Source: an uncultured delta proteobacterium
GTDB taxonomy: Bacteria; Desulfobacterota; Binatia; UBA9968
Reading direction: 5' to 3'
Length of the DNA: 64,000 nt
NCBI GenBank assembly: GCA_963847445.1
Contig: CAWJZV010000007.1
Location: 1-64,000 of the forward strand
Shown here: positions 10,227 to 20,025 of the stretch, piece by piece
How the letters are laid out: each line of letters opens with the position of its first letter
Numbering within the stretch: position 1 is the first letter of the stretch
Program-made: the position numbers and the translations under genes
Notes under the pieces: model-generated
What the model was told of the DNA's origin: nothing
The model's database searches: none
Seen by the model: the letters and a program-made list of their open reading frames with translations, nothing else

Positions 10227-11081
10227 ATGATGCCCTTAAGAAAATTTGCCATTCATCAACCCAACACGGTCGCCGAAGCGTCGCAGATGCTCGCCCAGTA
10301 CGGTGAAAAAGGCCGGCTCTACGCCGGCGGCACCGAGCTGCTGCTCGCCATGAAACATGACCTCTTGCGTTATGAGCACTTGGTCGATGTCAAAACCATT
10401 CCCGACTTGAATAAGATCGAGCTGAAAAATGGCGCGCTCATGATCGGCGGCAGCGCCACCCATCGCGCCATCGAACGCTCGCCGTTGGTCAAACAAAGCC
10501 TGCCGGTATTGGCCGAGATGGAAACCAAGGTGGCAAACATCCGCGTGCGCGCCTGCGGCACCCTCGGCGGCAATCTCTGCTTCGCCGAGCCGCACTCCGA
10601 TCCAGCGACGTTATTAACCGCACTCGGCGCCAAGGCCCATGTTCAAGGTAAAGCCGGAGCGCGAACCCTGGCGATGGATAAACTGATCACCGGCGCCTAT
10701 GAAACTTCCCTCGCCAGCGATGAACTGTTGGTCGGCGTCGAGGTTCCAGTGTTGGCAAAAAACCAGCGGGCCGCTTATTTAAAATTCCAGCTCAAAGAAC
10801 GGCCGACGTTGGGACTAGCGCTGTTCTTGGAACTCGACGGCGACAGTATCAAAAAAGCTGCCGCCGTCGTCGGCAGCGTCAGCGTCGCACCGACTCAGTC
10901 CGACAAAGCCAACGGCTTGCTCACCGGCGCGAGATCGCAAGTTGAAAAGCAACTAGGCGACGCCGCCGAAGCCTTAGCCCAGGCCGCCGATCCGGTCGAC
11001 GACATCGAGGGCGGCGCCGACTACAAGCGCCACTTGATCGGTGTGTTTCTCCGCCGCGCTTTCATCAAGGCCCTGTCGTAG
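10227..11081 (+). CDS. Molybdenum hydroxylase FAD subunit (CoxM-like)
   Basis: AGGTELL, RVRACGTLGGNLCFAEPHSD and DDIEGGADYKRHL. Confidence 0.95.
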   Translation: MMPLRKFAIHQPNTVAEASQMLAQYGEKGRLYAGGTELLLAMKHDLLRYEHLVDVKTIPDLNKIELKNGALMIGGSATHRAIERSPLVKQSLPVLAEMETKVANIRVRACGTLGGNLCFAEPHSDPATLLTALGAKAHVQGKAGARTLAMDKLITGAYETSLASDELLVGVEVPVLAKNQRAAYLKFQLKERPTLGLALFLELDGDSIKKAAAVVGSVSVAPTQSDKANGLLTGARSQVEKQLGDAAEALAQAADPVDDIEGGADYKRHLIGVFLRRAFIKALS

Positions 11082-11151
11082 AAACATTTATTCTTGCCGA
11101 GTTGGCGAGAACCGCCAATGACTGCTCAGTGCTCTCGGGCGCTGCCACCCC

Positions 11152-11177
11152 TGGATGCCGGCCTGCGCCGGCATGAC
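11152..11177. repeat. REP-like half element
   Basis: TGGATGCCGGCCTGCGCCGGCATGAC, identical to the right arm at 35756-35781. Confidence 0.8.
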
Positions 11178-11363
11178 AGAGTTTCCCGCCGCTTGACGCC
11201 GGCCATTTGCCTGTTCATGGCGCCGCAGGATTTCAACCATCATCGAGCGGGACATTCACGCGAATGCTGGCCGCGCTTGACCCTACACGCGCTCCTAAGC
11301 TAGTGTCGCCGCCAAAGAGCGTTCGCGCGCTGAATTAGATTTAGCGAGCTTCAGGAGGATCAA

Positions 11364-11810
11364 GTGGCAGGGGAAAAAACCGTCGACGACATTACCTTTC
11401 GCATTCGTCATACGATGATGCTGGTCAGCGATCTCGATCGCAGCATGGATTTTTACACGCGGCTGTTGGGCATGGACGTGCAGCGGCTGCGCCCCTCGCC
11501 TGATAAGAACGAGCGGGTCGGCTACATCGGCTATGGCACTGAAGATGAATATCCTGGGCTAGAGCTGATCGAGACCGGCGGCCCCGGCCATGTCCCGGCG
11601 ATGCCCAAGTGGTACGGCCATGTCGCGATCTATGTTTCCGATCTCTACACGTTAAGCGAAAAACTAAAAGCCGAAGGCGTGAAATTTACCCTCGGCCCTC
11701 AGCCCAACCGTCCCGGCAGCCAGGATAAGGTTGCCTTCATCCAAGATCCCGATGGTTATCTTTTGGAACTGACCGAGCGCCACTCGAAGAGCGGCGCGCC
11801 GTTAAGTTAA
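11364..11810 (+). CDS. VOC family protein (lactoylglutathione lyase-like)
   Basis: HTMMLVSDLDRSMDFYTRLLGM, LELIE, YGHVAI, AFIQDPDGYLLEL. AGGAGG ribosome-binding site before GTG. Confidence 0.9.
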   Translation: MAGEKTVDDITFRIRHTMMLVSDLDRSMDFYTRLLGMDVQRLRPSPDKNERVGYIGYGTEDEYPGLELIETGGPGHVPAMPKWYGHVAIYVSDLYTLSEKLKAEGVKFTLGPQPNRPGSQDKVAFIQDPDGYLLELTERHSKSGAPLS

Positions 11811-12060
11811 GCTGGCGTCGTTCAAACATCCTGAATGCTGAGCGAGGGGCGATCTTTGTGCCTGTGAAGACGAGTCGTAACTGAAATTCCAAAGTCTGCC
11901 TTAAGCCGAGGAATCCTGCGCTTCGTCTTCGCTAAGTCGCCAGAGCAGTACCGAGATCTACTTGCTCCGGCGCGAGAAGACAGAGTCTGGACGACGTTCG
12001 GATTGCGACTCAGGCTCGACGGCGAGAGGAATTTCGGCAACTTGGAAATCCGTAACTGTT

Positions 12061-13070
12061 TCAGCGCACGAACAGGGCGCGATATTGCCGGCTATAATCG
12101 TCGAGCTTCTCAGCCAACTGCACCCGGCTGGGAATCACCTTGAGATGACCGGGGTAGCCCTCCGGTCTTAAGCCGGGCATGGCCGGCTCGCGGCCGCGCT
12201 TGAGAAAAACTCTCTGGCCTTCATCCGATAGCGCGAAGTCGATGAACAAGCGCGCCGCATTGGGGCGCGGTGATCTCTCGACGATGCTGATCGGATGAAG
12301 CGCCAGGATCGCCGGCTCCAATCCCAGCCAATCCACCGGCGCGCCCTGTTTCTTCATCAGATGAGGCCGGTACCAGTAGGCGACGATCTGCAAGTCGAAC
12401 TCGCCGGCACTGAGCAGTTGGGTGATGAGCGAGCGGCCGCTACGAATGGCCACTTCTTGTTTCGCCAACGACTGCATGAACTCCAGCCCCTTTTTCTCGC
12501 CCATGAAGTGGAGCATGTTGGCAAACCAGCGATCTTCATTCTGATCCAACACCATGCGCCCCTTCCAACGTGAATGCAGCAAATCTTCCCAGCGCTTGGG
12601 CAGTTCGTCGCGTTTGACTCTGTTGGTGTTGTACGCCGTGACGATCAGATTGTCGTAAAGGTCGGTCCAATAACCGTTCGGGTCTTTGAATCCCTCGGAA
12701 TAGACCGCGGCGTAGGGTGATTTGTAAGGCGCGAGAAAACCTTTCTTTTGCATGTGGTAGGTTTCAAACTCGCCGACGCTGACCACGTCGGCGACGTAGG
12801 TATTCGTCTGGCGCTCGATGTTCATGCGGCTAAAGATTTTGTCATGGGTCGAGCGAAAAATGTCGGTCTTGATAAATGGATACTTGGCCTCGAAGGCGCC
12901 GGTGAGCGACCGGGCAAACTCGGTCTCCACCGAAGTGTAGAAAATCATCTTGCCTTCTTTACGCGCCGCTTCGACGAGCAGCCGCTGTTGGCGCATCGGC
13001 TTCGGCGCCCTGGCTGATTCCACTCAGACTTAGGAGAAAGAGTCATGACCAAGGCTAGTACTCTCGTCAT
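12061..13070 (-). CDS. Extracellular solute-binding protein (SBP_bac_6, Fe/thiamine-type), frameshift near the N-terminus
   Basis: AARKEGKMIFYTS, AYNTNRV, PKRWEDLLHSRWKG, PRPNAARLFIDFALSDEGQ. GGAGG site and ATG at 13070 begin a signal-peptide-like segment. Confidence 0.85.
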
Positions 13071-13089
13071 GGCTTGATACCTCCCAAAT

Positions 13090-13657
13090 TCACGAAGCGC
13101 TTTTGCCCCATGGTAGTTCGAGCTTGTTAACGATATCGAATTGCGAACGACCGGTATAGTATACGTTCTTGCCGTAGACGTGCAGCGATACGCTTGGTTC
13201 GTCCGTAGTATTCTCGACGCTGTGAATTATCGAGTTCGGCAACACCACAGCCTGGCCAAGCACGCAGTCCATTTCGCCGACCCGTGCGAGTTCCGCATAA
13301 CCGGCGCGGCTGCCGTCGTCGACGCGCCGCCAGAAAATGTTTTTCTCCGCGCCTTCGAGTCCGACGACAATGCCCCAAGTACCATGGTTATGCGGCAGGG
13401 TCGCGCCGCCCGGCAACCAACTCAACAGCGCCACCGCCAACCCATGATCCGGCTCTTCATGGAGCAGATTGAAGCTGAAGCCTTTCTCGACGTTTGAATG
13501 AATCGGCGCTTCGTTCTTCAAGCCCTGGGCTGGCAGCCAAGCGCTCGGCCAGCGGCGCAACTTGGCGGAGGATGTCCCGTTCATCCGCCGTGGCGGCCGT
13601 GATCGACCGCAGGTCGGCGACAAACTGCGACAGTGAATAAGTTGTCTTGCTATCCAT
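13090..13657 (-). CDS. Cysteine/thiol dioxygenase family cupin, frameshift near 13540
   Basis: WLPGGATLPHNHGTWG, IHSVEN and SLHVYG give a 3-His set. The N-terminus YSLSQFVADLRSI is in ORF 13457-13657. Confidence 0.8.
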
Positions 13658-13775
13658 TAAAATTTACCGCGCTTGCGAAAATCTTCTGCCGATCATCTCC
13701 TGCCGCCGATCGCATCGCAGGCAACCACTGGGTTATCCCTTTTTGTGAACTTTGCGTTCTTTGCGGCCAATTCTC

Positions 13776-14390
13776 CTATCTTCTTTCTTCGGCATCTGCG
13801 CCGCGAGCGTCGGCCAATCGGCATAGCGGCCAACATTGGCGTGATCTTCGGCTGACGCGATTCCACGGGCAATCGATCAGCGCCACGGGAAGCTTCATCT
13901 GAGTAGCGAGAAACTGCGCCATCGGCAGGGAGTCTTCCACCGCCCAACAATACTCCCGCTGCGCCAGCTCGTCGAGACGAATCGCCACGGTGTTGTCAGT
14001 GGTAAAGCGCGAATACTTGTCGACCATGCTAAAAGATTGGTGCGGCACGCGATAACGCGCCAACCAAGCCAACGACGGTTCATAGGACTCGGGCGGCCTG
14101 CCGGTCACGATGGCAATCTCGTAACCGTCATTCGCCCACTGCCCCAGTGCGGCGATGGCTGCTCCGATGGGCGCCATGCGCATGAGTTCATCCGGCCGAT
14201 GCACGATGCGGTACAGCTCCTCGGTTTCCTCCGGCCCCAGGCCGCACGACGTCCCGATATCGAAATCAGTTAGCTCTTCATACGCGATCCGTTTGTCGTA
14301 TTCGCGCTCGACGACCGCGAGGAAATGGCGCGCGGTCTCGCATAGCACATCGTCGAGATCGACGTAGATGGTTTTCGAGTTTGCACTCAT
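13776..14390 (-). CDS. HAD-superfamily phosphatase, 5'(3')-deoxyribonucleotidase-like
   Basis: IYVDLDDVL (motif I), IVTGRP (motif II) and AVEDS (motif IV). ATG at 14390 overlaps the upstream stop. The 3' end is uncertain. Confidence 0.8.
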   Translation of the reverse strand: MSANSKTIYVDLDDVLCETARHFLAVVEREYDKRIAYEELTDFDIGTSCGLGPEETEELYRIVHRPDELMRMAPIGAAIAALGQWANDGYEIAIVTGRPPESYEPSLAWLARYRVPHQSFSMVDKYSRFTTDNTVAIRLDELAQREYCWAVEDSLPMAQFLATQMKLPVALIDCPWNRVSRRSRQCWPLCRLADARGADAEERR

Positions 14391-14875
14391 TGATCTTCTA
14401 GAGTTGCTTGTCGCGCGGCGCCAACGATCACCAGTTCGAGTTTTCCCGCCGGATGATCGACTGTGAAGCTGGCGTTGCGCAAGAACATCCGGCCGAGAAT
14501 GCCGATGACATCGGCGCGATGTTCGTAGCTCTTCTCGCGCAGCGACGGCACGCCGACGCATTCGAGCACGGTCGAATACAGCGTTGGCTTACCGTCCACA
14601 TCCACCGCCGGCAGATACACGCGGCCTATGTAAAGTTGTAGAGTGCCATAGCCATGGATGCCATGCACCGCCCGCGTGCCGAGCGGCGACAAGGGTAACA
14701 TCTCGGCGACGGCAAGATCGATCATCGCACCGTAGGCGCCGGTGTCGATGAGAAATTCGCCTCTGATCTCGCGACCCAGTTCGTCATGCTGCCGCGCCCA
14801 GCTTCCTGACACGACCGGCCCAGTCTCGGCTAACCGTTCTGCACTGATGTCCGCTCGGATTACGTGCTTATTCAT
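14387..14875 (-). CDS. Retropepsin-like (clan AA) aspartyl protease
   Basis: FLIDTGA catalytic motif, GIHG flap and C-terminal IGILGRMFL. Confidence 0.75.
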   Translation of the reverse strand: MNKHVIRADISAERLAETGPVVSGSWARQHDELGREIRGEFLIDTGAYGAMIDLAVAEMLPLSPLGTRAVHGIHGYGTLQLYIGRVYLPAVDVDGKPTLYSTVLECVGVPSLREKSYEHRADVIGILGRMFLRNASFTVDHPAGKLELVIVGAARQATLEDQ

Positions 14876-14901
14876 CGAGAATTCCGCCCAACTGAGTGGA
14901 T

Positions 14902-15486
14902 TTAACCTTTCGAGATAAATTCGCTGTCACGAACAATAAAACGTAACGGTTTGTCTTTCCACTTGCCGGCGTAGTCGACGCCGATGCGCGGCGTCGCAGC
15001 GAACTTCGGGCGTCGGTTCACCACGGTCTTCGAGGTAAAGGACTTTGCCGCAAATATCGGCGCCATTGAGCGATCGGTCGATGGCGAACGCCTGGCAAAG
15101 TTTGCCTGGGCCGCTGGCGAGATTGTGCAGCCGTTCGCTCTTGCGGTTTTGCTTCATTTGCTCGATCCCGCGCACTGGCTCCACGGCTCGGATCAACACC
15201 GCGCCGGGTAGTCCTTCGCTTCGGTGACCAAATTCAGCATGTTGTAGAATCCGTAGATAAAGTAAACATAGGCGTGCCCCGCCGCGCCGAACATCACCTC
15301 GGTCCGCTTGGTTCGTCCCTTAGACAGCATGACAGGCCAGATCGTGCGGGCCAAGATAGGCTTCTGTCTCAACGATCCGCCCGACCAGAGTACTCTATCG
15401 TCATGCCGATGCACGAGAAACTTGCCGAGCAATTGTTTGGCGACATCGATGGTCGACTGTTCGTAAAATGAGCGTGGCAGCTTCAA
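14902..15486 (-). CDS. mpg: DNA-3-methyladenine glycosylase (MPG/AAG family), several frameshifts
   Basis: LPRSFYEQSTIDVAKQLLGK, GRTKRTEVMFGAAGHAYVYFIYG, LIRAVEP and LASGPGKLCQA, spread across ORFs 15193-15588 and 14927-15199. Confidence 0.9.
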
Positions 15487-15548
15487 GGGCAGGTTGAATC
15501 GAGGCAACAGATTCTGACTACTGATTGCTGATCGCTGGCTTCCGTTCC

Positions 15549-15935
15549 CTATCCCGACTGCGGCAAACCATCCTTGATTTCGACCCACGGCGCCTTCGAG
15601 CTGACGTGAAGGTGCTTAGAGATTTTCACACCCGGATCGCTGTCCAGACTGCCGGGTCGGAAGCGTAAGCTGCTCGGATCTTTATCTTTCCGCTTCACTA
15701 ATGGCGTGCCGCAGCGTCCGCAAAATACCCGGTGATTCCCCGGCGAAGATTGCCATTCCTTGAGCAGCTCCTGTCCAGCCGTGAAGCGAAATGCCGCAGC
15801 CGGAATCGCCGCCCCGCTGGCAAACGCCGACCCCGACATCTTGCGGCACAAGCTACAGTGACAGTTGGTTAACGCGCTAATTTCGCCGTCGATTTGATAC
15901 TTCACACCGCCGCAAAGGCAAGAACCTGTGAGCAT
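15549..15935 (-). CDS. GFA family (Zn-binding, Mss4-like) protein
   Basis: GSCLCGGV, CHCSLCRK, FCGRCGT and SKAPW. ATG at 15935. Confidence 0.9.
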   Translation of the reverse strand: MLTGSCLCGGVKYQIDGEISALTNCHCSLCRKMSGSAFASGAAIPAAAFRFTAGQELLKEWQSSPGNHRVFCGRCGTPLVKRKDKDPSSLRFRPGSLDSDPGVKISKHLHVSSKAPWVEIKDGLPQSG

Positions 15936-16003
15936 TATAGTATCTCCGATAAAGTGAACTCGTAAAAATGATCTAGGGACGCTTCGCTCAGCTGAAAACA
16001 ATG

Positions 16004-16978
16004 CTACTTGATCTCCCGCACCAAACTCCAATCGACCAGCTGACTCAGCGGAATATCCTTGGTCAGCTTGAGCCGTTCCTTGGTGAGCTGCACGTCGAGG
16101 AGCACGCCTTTGTCGGAGATAATGCCGTCGTCGGTAAACGAATTGATCGACGCGTCGTAGGCGCGGGCGGACTGGGACGGCGTGATGCGCAGATAATCGG
16201 CAAGCATCTGGACTGTCTCGTTGCGATTCTGTTTCATGAAACGCAGGCCGCGCACGCCGGCGCGCACGACTCGCTTGATCTGATCGCGCTGGGTCTGAAG
16301 TTTCTGCTCCATCACGGCGATGCCGGAAAGCGGCAATTCAATGAGGTCGCCCAAATAGACCAGCCGTTTGAACCCCTCGTCCTCGGCTTTGACCGCGAAG
16401 GCGACATCGATGGGCGTCGCGTCGATGGCGCCGGCGCGCAACGCCGCCAGGCGTGTCGGGCTCTCGCCGGTGACGATGATCTTGACATCTTTCTCCGGCT
16501 CGAATCCGAAGTGGCGCACCGCCACGCGCGACAGATAGTCGACCGTGCCGGCAACCGAATCGACACCGATGATTTTGCCTTTCAAATCCTTGGGCGACTT
16601 GATCTCCGGGCGGGCGATCAAGACATGCAGAGGCCGGCCGGCAAAACCGAGCACCGCTTTGATCGGCACGCCGCTTACCGCTGCGCGCAGCGCCGAACCC
16701 CACGCGAGCAGATAATCGACGTCGCCGGACATCAACGCCTTGACACCAATGGCCGGCTGCATTTGAATCTTATCGACCTCGATCCCTTCGTCTCGGTAGA
16801 ATCCTTTGCGCATGGCGACGACGACGGGAAACTCGAACAGTCCGCGGCTTGGGGTCGCGATCGTCACCCGTTCCGCCGCCGACGCGGGATCGTCAGTGGT
16901 AAGAATCGTCAATCCGACGAGTATTGCCAGAACACGCAGCAAAATCTGGCTCTGTAATAAATTCATCATTCCCCCCAC
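16004..16978 (-). CDS. ABC transporter substrate-binding protein, NMT1/SsuA family
   Basis: Signal peptide, KGFYRDEGIEV, DLKGKIIGV and ALRAGAIDA. Confidence 0.9.
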   Translation of the reverse strand: MGGMMNLLQSQILLRVLAILVGLTILTTDDPASAAERVTIATPSRGLFEFPVVVAMRKGFYRDEGIEVDKIQMQPAIGVKALMSGDVDYLLAWGSALRAAVSGVPIKAVLGFAGRPLHVLIARPEIKSPKDLKGKIIGVDSVAGTVDYLSRVAVRHFGFEPEKDVKIIVTGESPTRLAALRAGAIDATPIDVAFAVKAEDEGFKRLVYLGDLIELPLSGIAVMEQKLQTQRDQIKRVVRAGVRGLRFMKQNRNETVQMLADYLRITPSQSARAYDASINSFTDDGIISDKGVLLDVQLTKERLKLTKDIPLSQLVDWSLVREIK

Positions 16979-17805
16979 TATTCCATCCGAACATTTTTCT
17001 TGAAATTGTAGGTCGTCGAGTAATCGCTTTCGTAAGTGCAGAAAATCCGATTCTTATCCCAGCCGCCGGCGAAACACTTCTTGAGAAAAGCCATCATCAG
17101 CTTCCAGGCGTCGTTGGCGGCCTCTTTGCGGTAACGCCCCGGCATGGTGTCGTTGAGCCAACCATGGGGCGCGTCGCGGTAAATGCGGATGTGGCAGCTC
17201 TTTTTCGATTTCTCGAAGCAGTTGCGGAAGCGCGCGACATCGTCGACGGAGATGATATGATCCGCCTCGCCGAAAATCCCCAAAACCGGACAGTTCACCT
17301 GGGCGACCAGCTCGTCAATTGGAGTAGGCCGCAGGTCGTTACCTTGCCACTCACGGCCACCGACCGCGCCGTAGAGCACCACGGCGCCGGCGATGTCGTC
17401 GCGCTTGGCCGCCAGCAGCACCGGTTGACGGCCAGTTTGGCAGACGCCGATGATGCCGATCCGTGAGCCGTCAACTTGTTTCAGTCTTTTGAGATATTCC
17501 ACCGCCGCGTTCAGATCGGCCAGCGCGCCATCATCGGTGAGGTCTACGCGCTGCTCGCCGCGCAATACCGCCTTGCGGTCGCCGGTGAAGCGATGAAACA
17601 GATCCGGTGCCAAGCCGACAAAGCCCGCTTGGGCCAGCTTGGCGGTCAGGTCCTTGGTATGCTGATCGACGCCATAACGCTCGTGGAGAATTATCACCGC
17701 CGGCCGTTTACCTTTAGCCTTGGGCAGCGCCCGCGCGGCGCTAATGCCGCCGCCGAACTTGATCATGGTTGCACTGATGCCGGTCGATTTCTTGGCTGCC
17801 ATCAC
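16978..17805 (-). CDS. Dienelactone hydrolase family protein
   Basis: ILHERYGV, GIIGVCQTG (Cys nucleophile), GEADH and APHGW. Confidence 0.9.
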   Translation of the reverse strand: MMAAKKSTGISATMIKFGGGISAARALPKAKGKRPAVIILHERYGVDQHTKDLTAKLAQAGFVGLAPDLFHRFTGDRKAVLRGEQRVDLTDDGALADLNAAVEYLKRLKQVDGSRIGIIGVCQTGRQPVLLAAKRDDIAGAVVLYGAVGGREWQGNDLRPTPIDELVAQVNCPVLGIFGEADHIISVDDVARFRNCFEKSKKSCHIRIYRDAPHGWLNDTMPGRYRKEAANDAWKLMMAFLKKCFAGGWDKNRIFCTYESDYSTTYNFKKNVRME

Positions 17806-17930
17806 GCCTCCACTCGGATGTCGTTAGGATTTAAACTGTCCAATCGCCGCCAAGCTTATCCCTCGATCCGCGAGGGAGTCAAGGTAGCCAAAGCTTGTGT
17901 CATATCGAAGTTGACCATATATTCCGGCGC

Positions 17931-18248
17931 ATGAACCTCAAGGATGGCTCCACCCTGGTTGCTGATCTCACGACCACCGGCCGCAAGAGCGGCATGCCGC
18001 GCGCCGTTGAGCTACGTTTTCTATTCTTCAATGGAAATTTCTACGCCACCTCGACCAGAGTGCAAGGCAAACATTGGTGTCAGAATATGATCAAAAACGG
18101 CGCCGTCGAGATCACGGTTAAGGGCGAAAAGCTTTCCTGCACAGCCAAGCGAGTGAGCGATGAGGCGCTGCGCAAACAGGTGCTGACGCTGCGCGACTCG
18201 CCGCCGCAGTTGGAGCGCGCGGTTTTTGAAATCACGCCTAATAAATAA
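17931..18248 (+). CDS. Split-barrel deazaflavin-dependent nitroreductase-like protein
   Basis: LTTTGRKSGMPR and HWCQNMIKNGAVEI match the Ddn-like TxGRKSG and W..N pattern. Confidence 0.75.
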   Translation: MNLKDGSTLVADLTTTGRKSGMPRAVELRFLFFNGNFYATSTRVQGKHWCQNMIKNGAVEITVKGEKLSCTAKRVSDEALRKQVLTLRDSPPQLERAVFEITPNK

Positions 18249-18254
18249 CGAATT

Positions 18255-18640
18255 CGGGGATTCGGATATTCCTCGCGCTAAGCATGCAACCGGCGCAAAG
18301 GTAAGGGAAACATGTCATTTCGACCGAAGGGAGAAATCTTTCCGAGATCCCTCGTATTCACTCGGGATGACGGGCCTCGGCCCGTCACTTTGCAACCTTG
18401 GCGTCCTTTGAGCGAGACAATCCGAGATTAACCGGTGCGCGAAGCACGCCCGACGATACCCTACGTGCACTATCCGTGAAAGTTTGCGCGGCTTGCGCGC
18501 AAATTTCTCGATGCGCCAGATCCGAGAAGGCGGGTTTCAAACCCGCCGCACGACTCCCGATTCTTTTTTGCGCCCTTTGCGTTCTTTGCGGCCATTCTTC
18601 TTTTCGGTTGCGGCTGTGCGCGTTAGGCCCTTCGTGGTGA
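18255..18640. repeat. Composite palindromic intergenic element, copy 2
   Basis: Shares a block of about 35 nt with 2694-2727, plus GGGATGACGGGCCTCG, CTTTGCG tandem units and CGGTTGCGGCT. Confidence 0.75.
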
Positions 18641-18646
18641 ACAAAA

Positions 18647-18748
18647 CTATTGACTATACGCACGCTTTAAAAGCAGCGGGCCGATGCCCCAGAGCACACC
18701 GGCGAGCAGCGCGTAGGCGATGCCGGTTTGCAGCTCGGAACTGAACAT
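18647..18748 (-). pseudogene. 33-aa N-terminal stub resembling TM1 of an EamA/DMT transporter
   Basis: Manual translation gives MFSSELQTGIAYALLAGVLWGIGPLLLKRAYSQ*. It ends at the edge of the repeat element. Confidence 0.55.
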
Positions 18749-18761
18749 GGACGAAGTAAGT

Positions 18762-18977
18762 TTACTTTTTCGTCTCCTCCTTCGCCTCGGTCATCTTCTT
18801 TTCGACGGTCTCAACGCCCTTGACCATGCCTTCCATCATCTTCTGTTCTTTCTGCGCGCCTTGTTGGATCGCCTGCTTGGCCGCTTCGTCGCGCGCCGCC
18901 TGATCCTCCTTGTTTCCGCAAGCCGGTAATGCCGCGACTAAGCAGAAAAGAACTATCATTCGAAAAGTTTTATCCAT
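18762..18977 (-). CDS. Small hypothetical lipoprotein
   Basis: MDKTFRMIVLFCLVAALPAC has a lipobox-like end, followed by a charged helical tail. GGAGG ribosome-binding site. Confidence 0.75.
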   Translation of the reverse strand: MDKTFRMIVLFCLVAALPACGNKEDQAARDEAAKQAIQQGAQKEQKMMEGMVKGVETVEKKMTEAKEETKK

Positions 18978-19075
18978 GATATCCTCCAAGATTGATTTGC
19001 CGCTCGTCCAGTTAGCAGGAAGCTCGTTAACGAGAAGCAACTGTGCGATGACTGTTCTTTTGGTGTCGGTTTGTT

Positions 19076-19924
19076 ATGCTTTTACAGACAATGAAGCTTT
19101 TCCCCGTCACATCTGGGCTGATTGTCTTGGCGCTGTTTTTTCAAACTGCACCGGTGCAGGGTCAAACAGCGGGGCGATTCAAGATCAGCGGCACTCTCAG
19201 CGCCACCGATTTAGGTAGCTGGCGAACCATTCAGAAAGGCGTCGAGCAGCGCAAGATCGCCTTCCTGCGCTCCGAACCGAACTACACCCTCGAACTAAAG
19301 CTGCTGCGCTTCGATCCTAAGTTCATCAGCGCGCGGGTGTTATCGAGCGGCGATTTCCACATGACAGGCACTACGGCAAAGAGCGTCGTTGAAAAGAGCG
19401 GCGCCATCGCGGCGATCAATGCCAACTATTTCGACGAGCGCGGCCGGCCGCTGGCTTATCTGAAGACCGGAAACAAAGAGATCAATCGCGCCGTATCCAA
19501 ACACGCACTCTACACCGGCGTTTTCGCGATCGCCGATGGCCATCCAACGGTCATGCACCGGGACGATTTCTCGCCGGCCCAGGCGAGCGAAGCGCTCCAG
19601 TCCGGGCCGCTGTTGTTGAACCGCGGTGCGCCGGTGGAGACCATGCGTAACCTCGGTCGCTACGCCCGCCGAGCCGTGCTCGGCGTGGACAAAGCCGGCC
19701 GCATCGTCATCGCGGTGACCGACGCCGTGCTCGGCGGCTTGAGTTTCGTCGAGCTGCAAGAGCTCTTCGCCAACGGCAAATGGCAACTCGACACCCCTGA
19801 GTTATTGAATCTCGACGGCGGCGGTTCCGCCCAGCTCTATTTCAAATCAGGCAGGTCGGAAGAATCGGTGCCCGGCACCTCCGAAGTGCCGGTGGCTATC
19901 GGCTTCTTCGTCAAAGCGAACTAA
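19076..19924 (+). CDS. Phosphodiester glycosidase (NAGPA) family exported protein
   Basis: AAINANYF, QSGPLLL and LNLDGGGSAQL, with an N-terminal signal peptide. Confidence 0.9.
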   Translation: MLLQTMKLFPVTSGLIVLALFFQTAPVQGQTAGRFKISGTLSATDLGSWRTIQKGVEQRKIAFLRSEPNYTLELKLLRFDPKFISARVLSSGDFHMTGTTAKSVVEKSGAIAAINANYFDERGRPLAYLKTGNKEINRAVSKHALYTGVFAIADGHPTVMHRDDFSPAQASEALQSGPLLLNRGAPVETMRNLGRYARRAVLGVDKAGRIVIAVTDAVLGGLSFVELQELFANGKWQLDTPELLNLDGGGSAQLYFKSGRSEESVPGTSEVPVAIGFFVKAN

Positions 19925-20025
19925 CCGGTTTCTAACGCAGAGATTATTTTCACCACGAAGTGTATCTTAGGCTCGTCTAAGAATATGAAAATGGTGGGAT
20001 TCCCCATAGGCGGTCTGCTTGACGC

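Noticed and set aside
7380-11081. Aerobic CO dehydrogenase
   Set aside because: The active-site loop is SYRGFG, not AYxCSFR, and no coxDEFG accessory genes are present.
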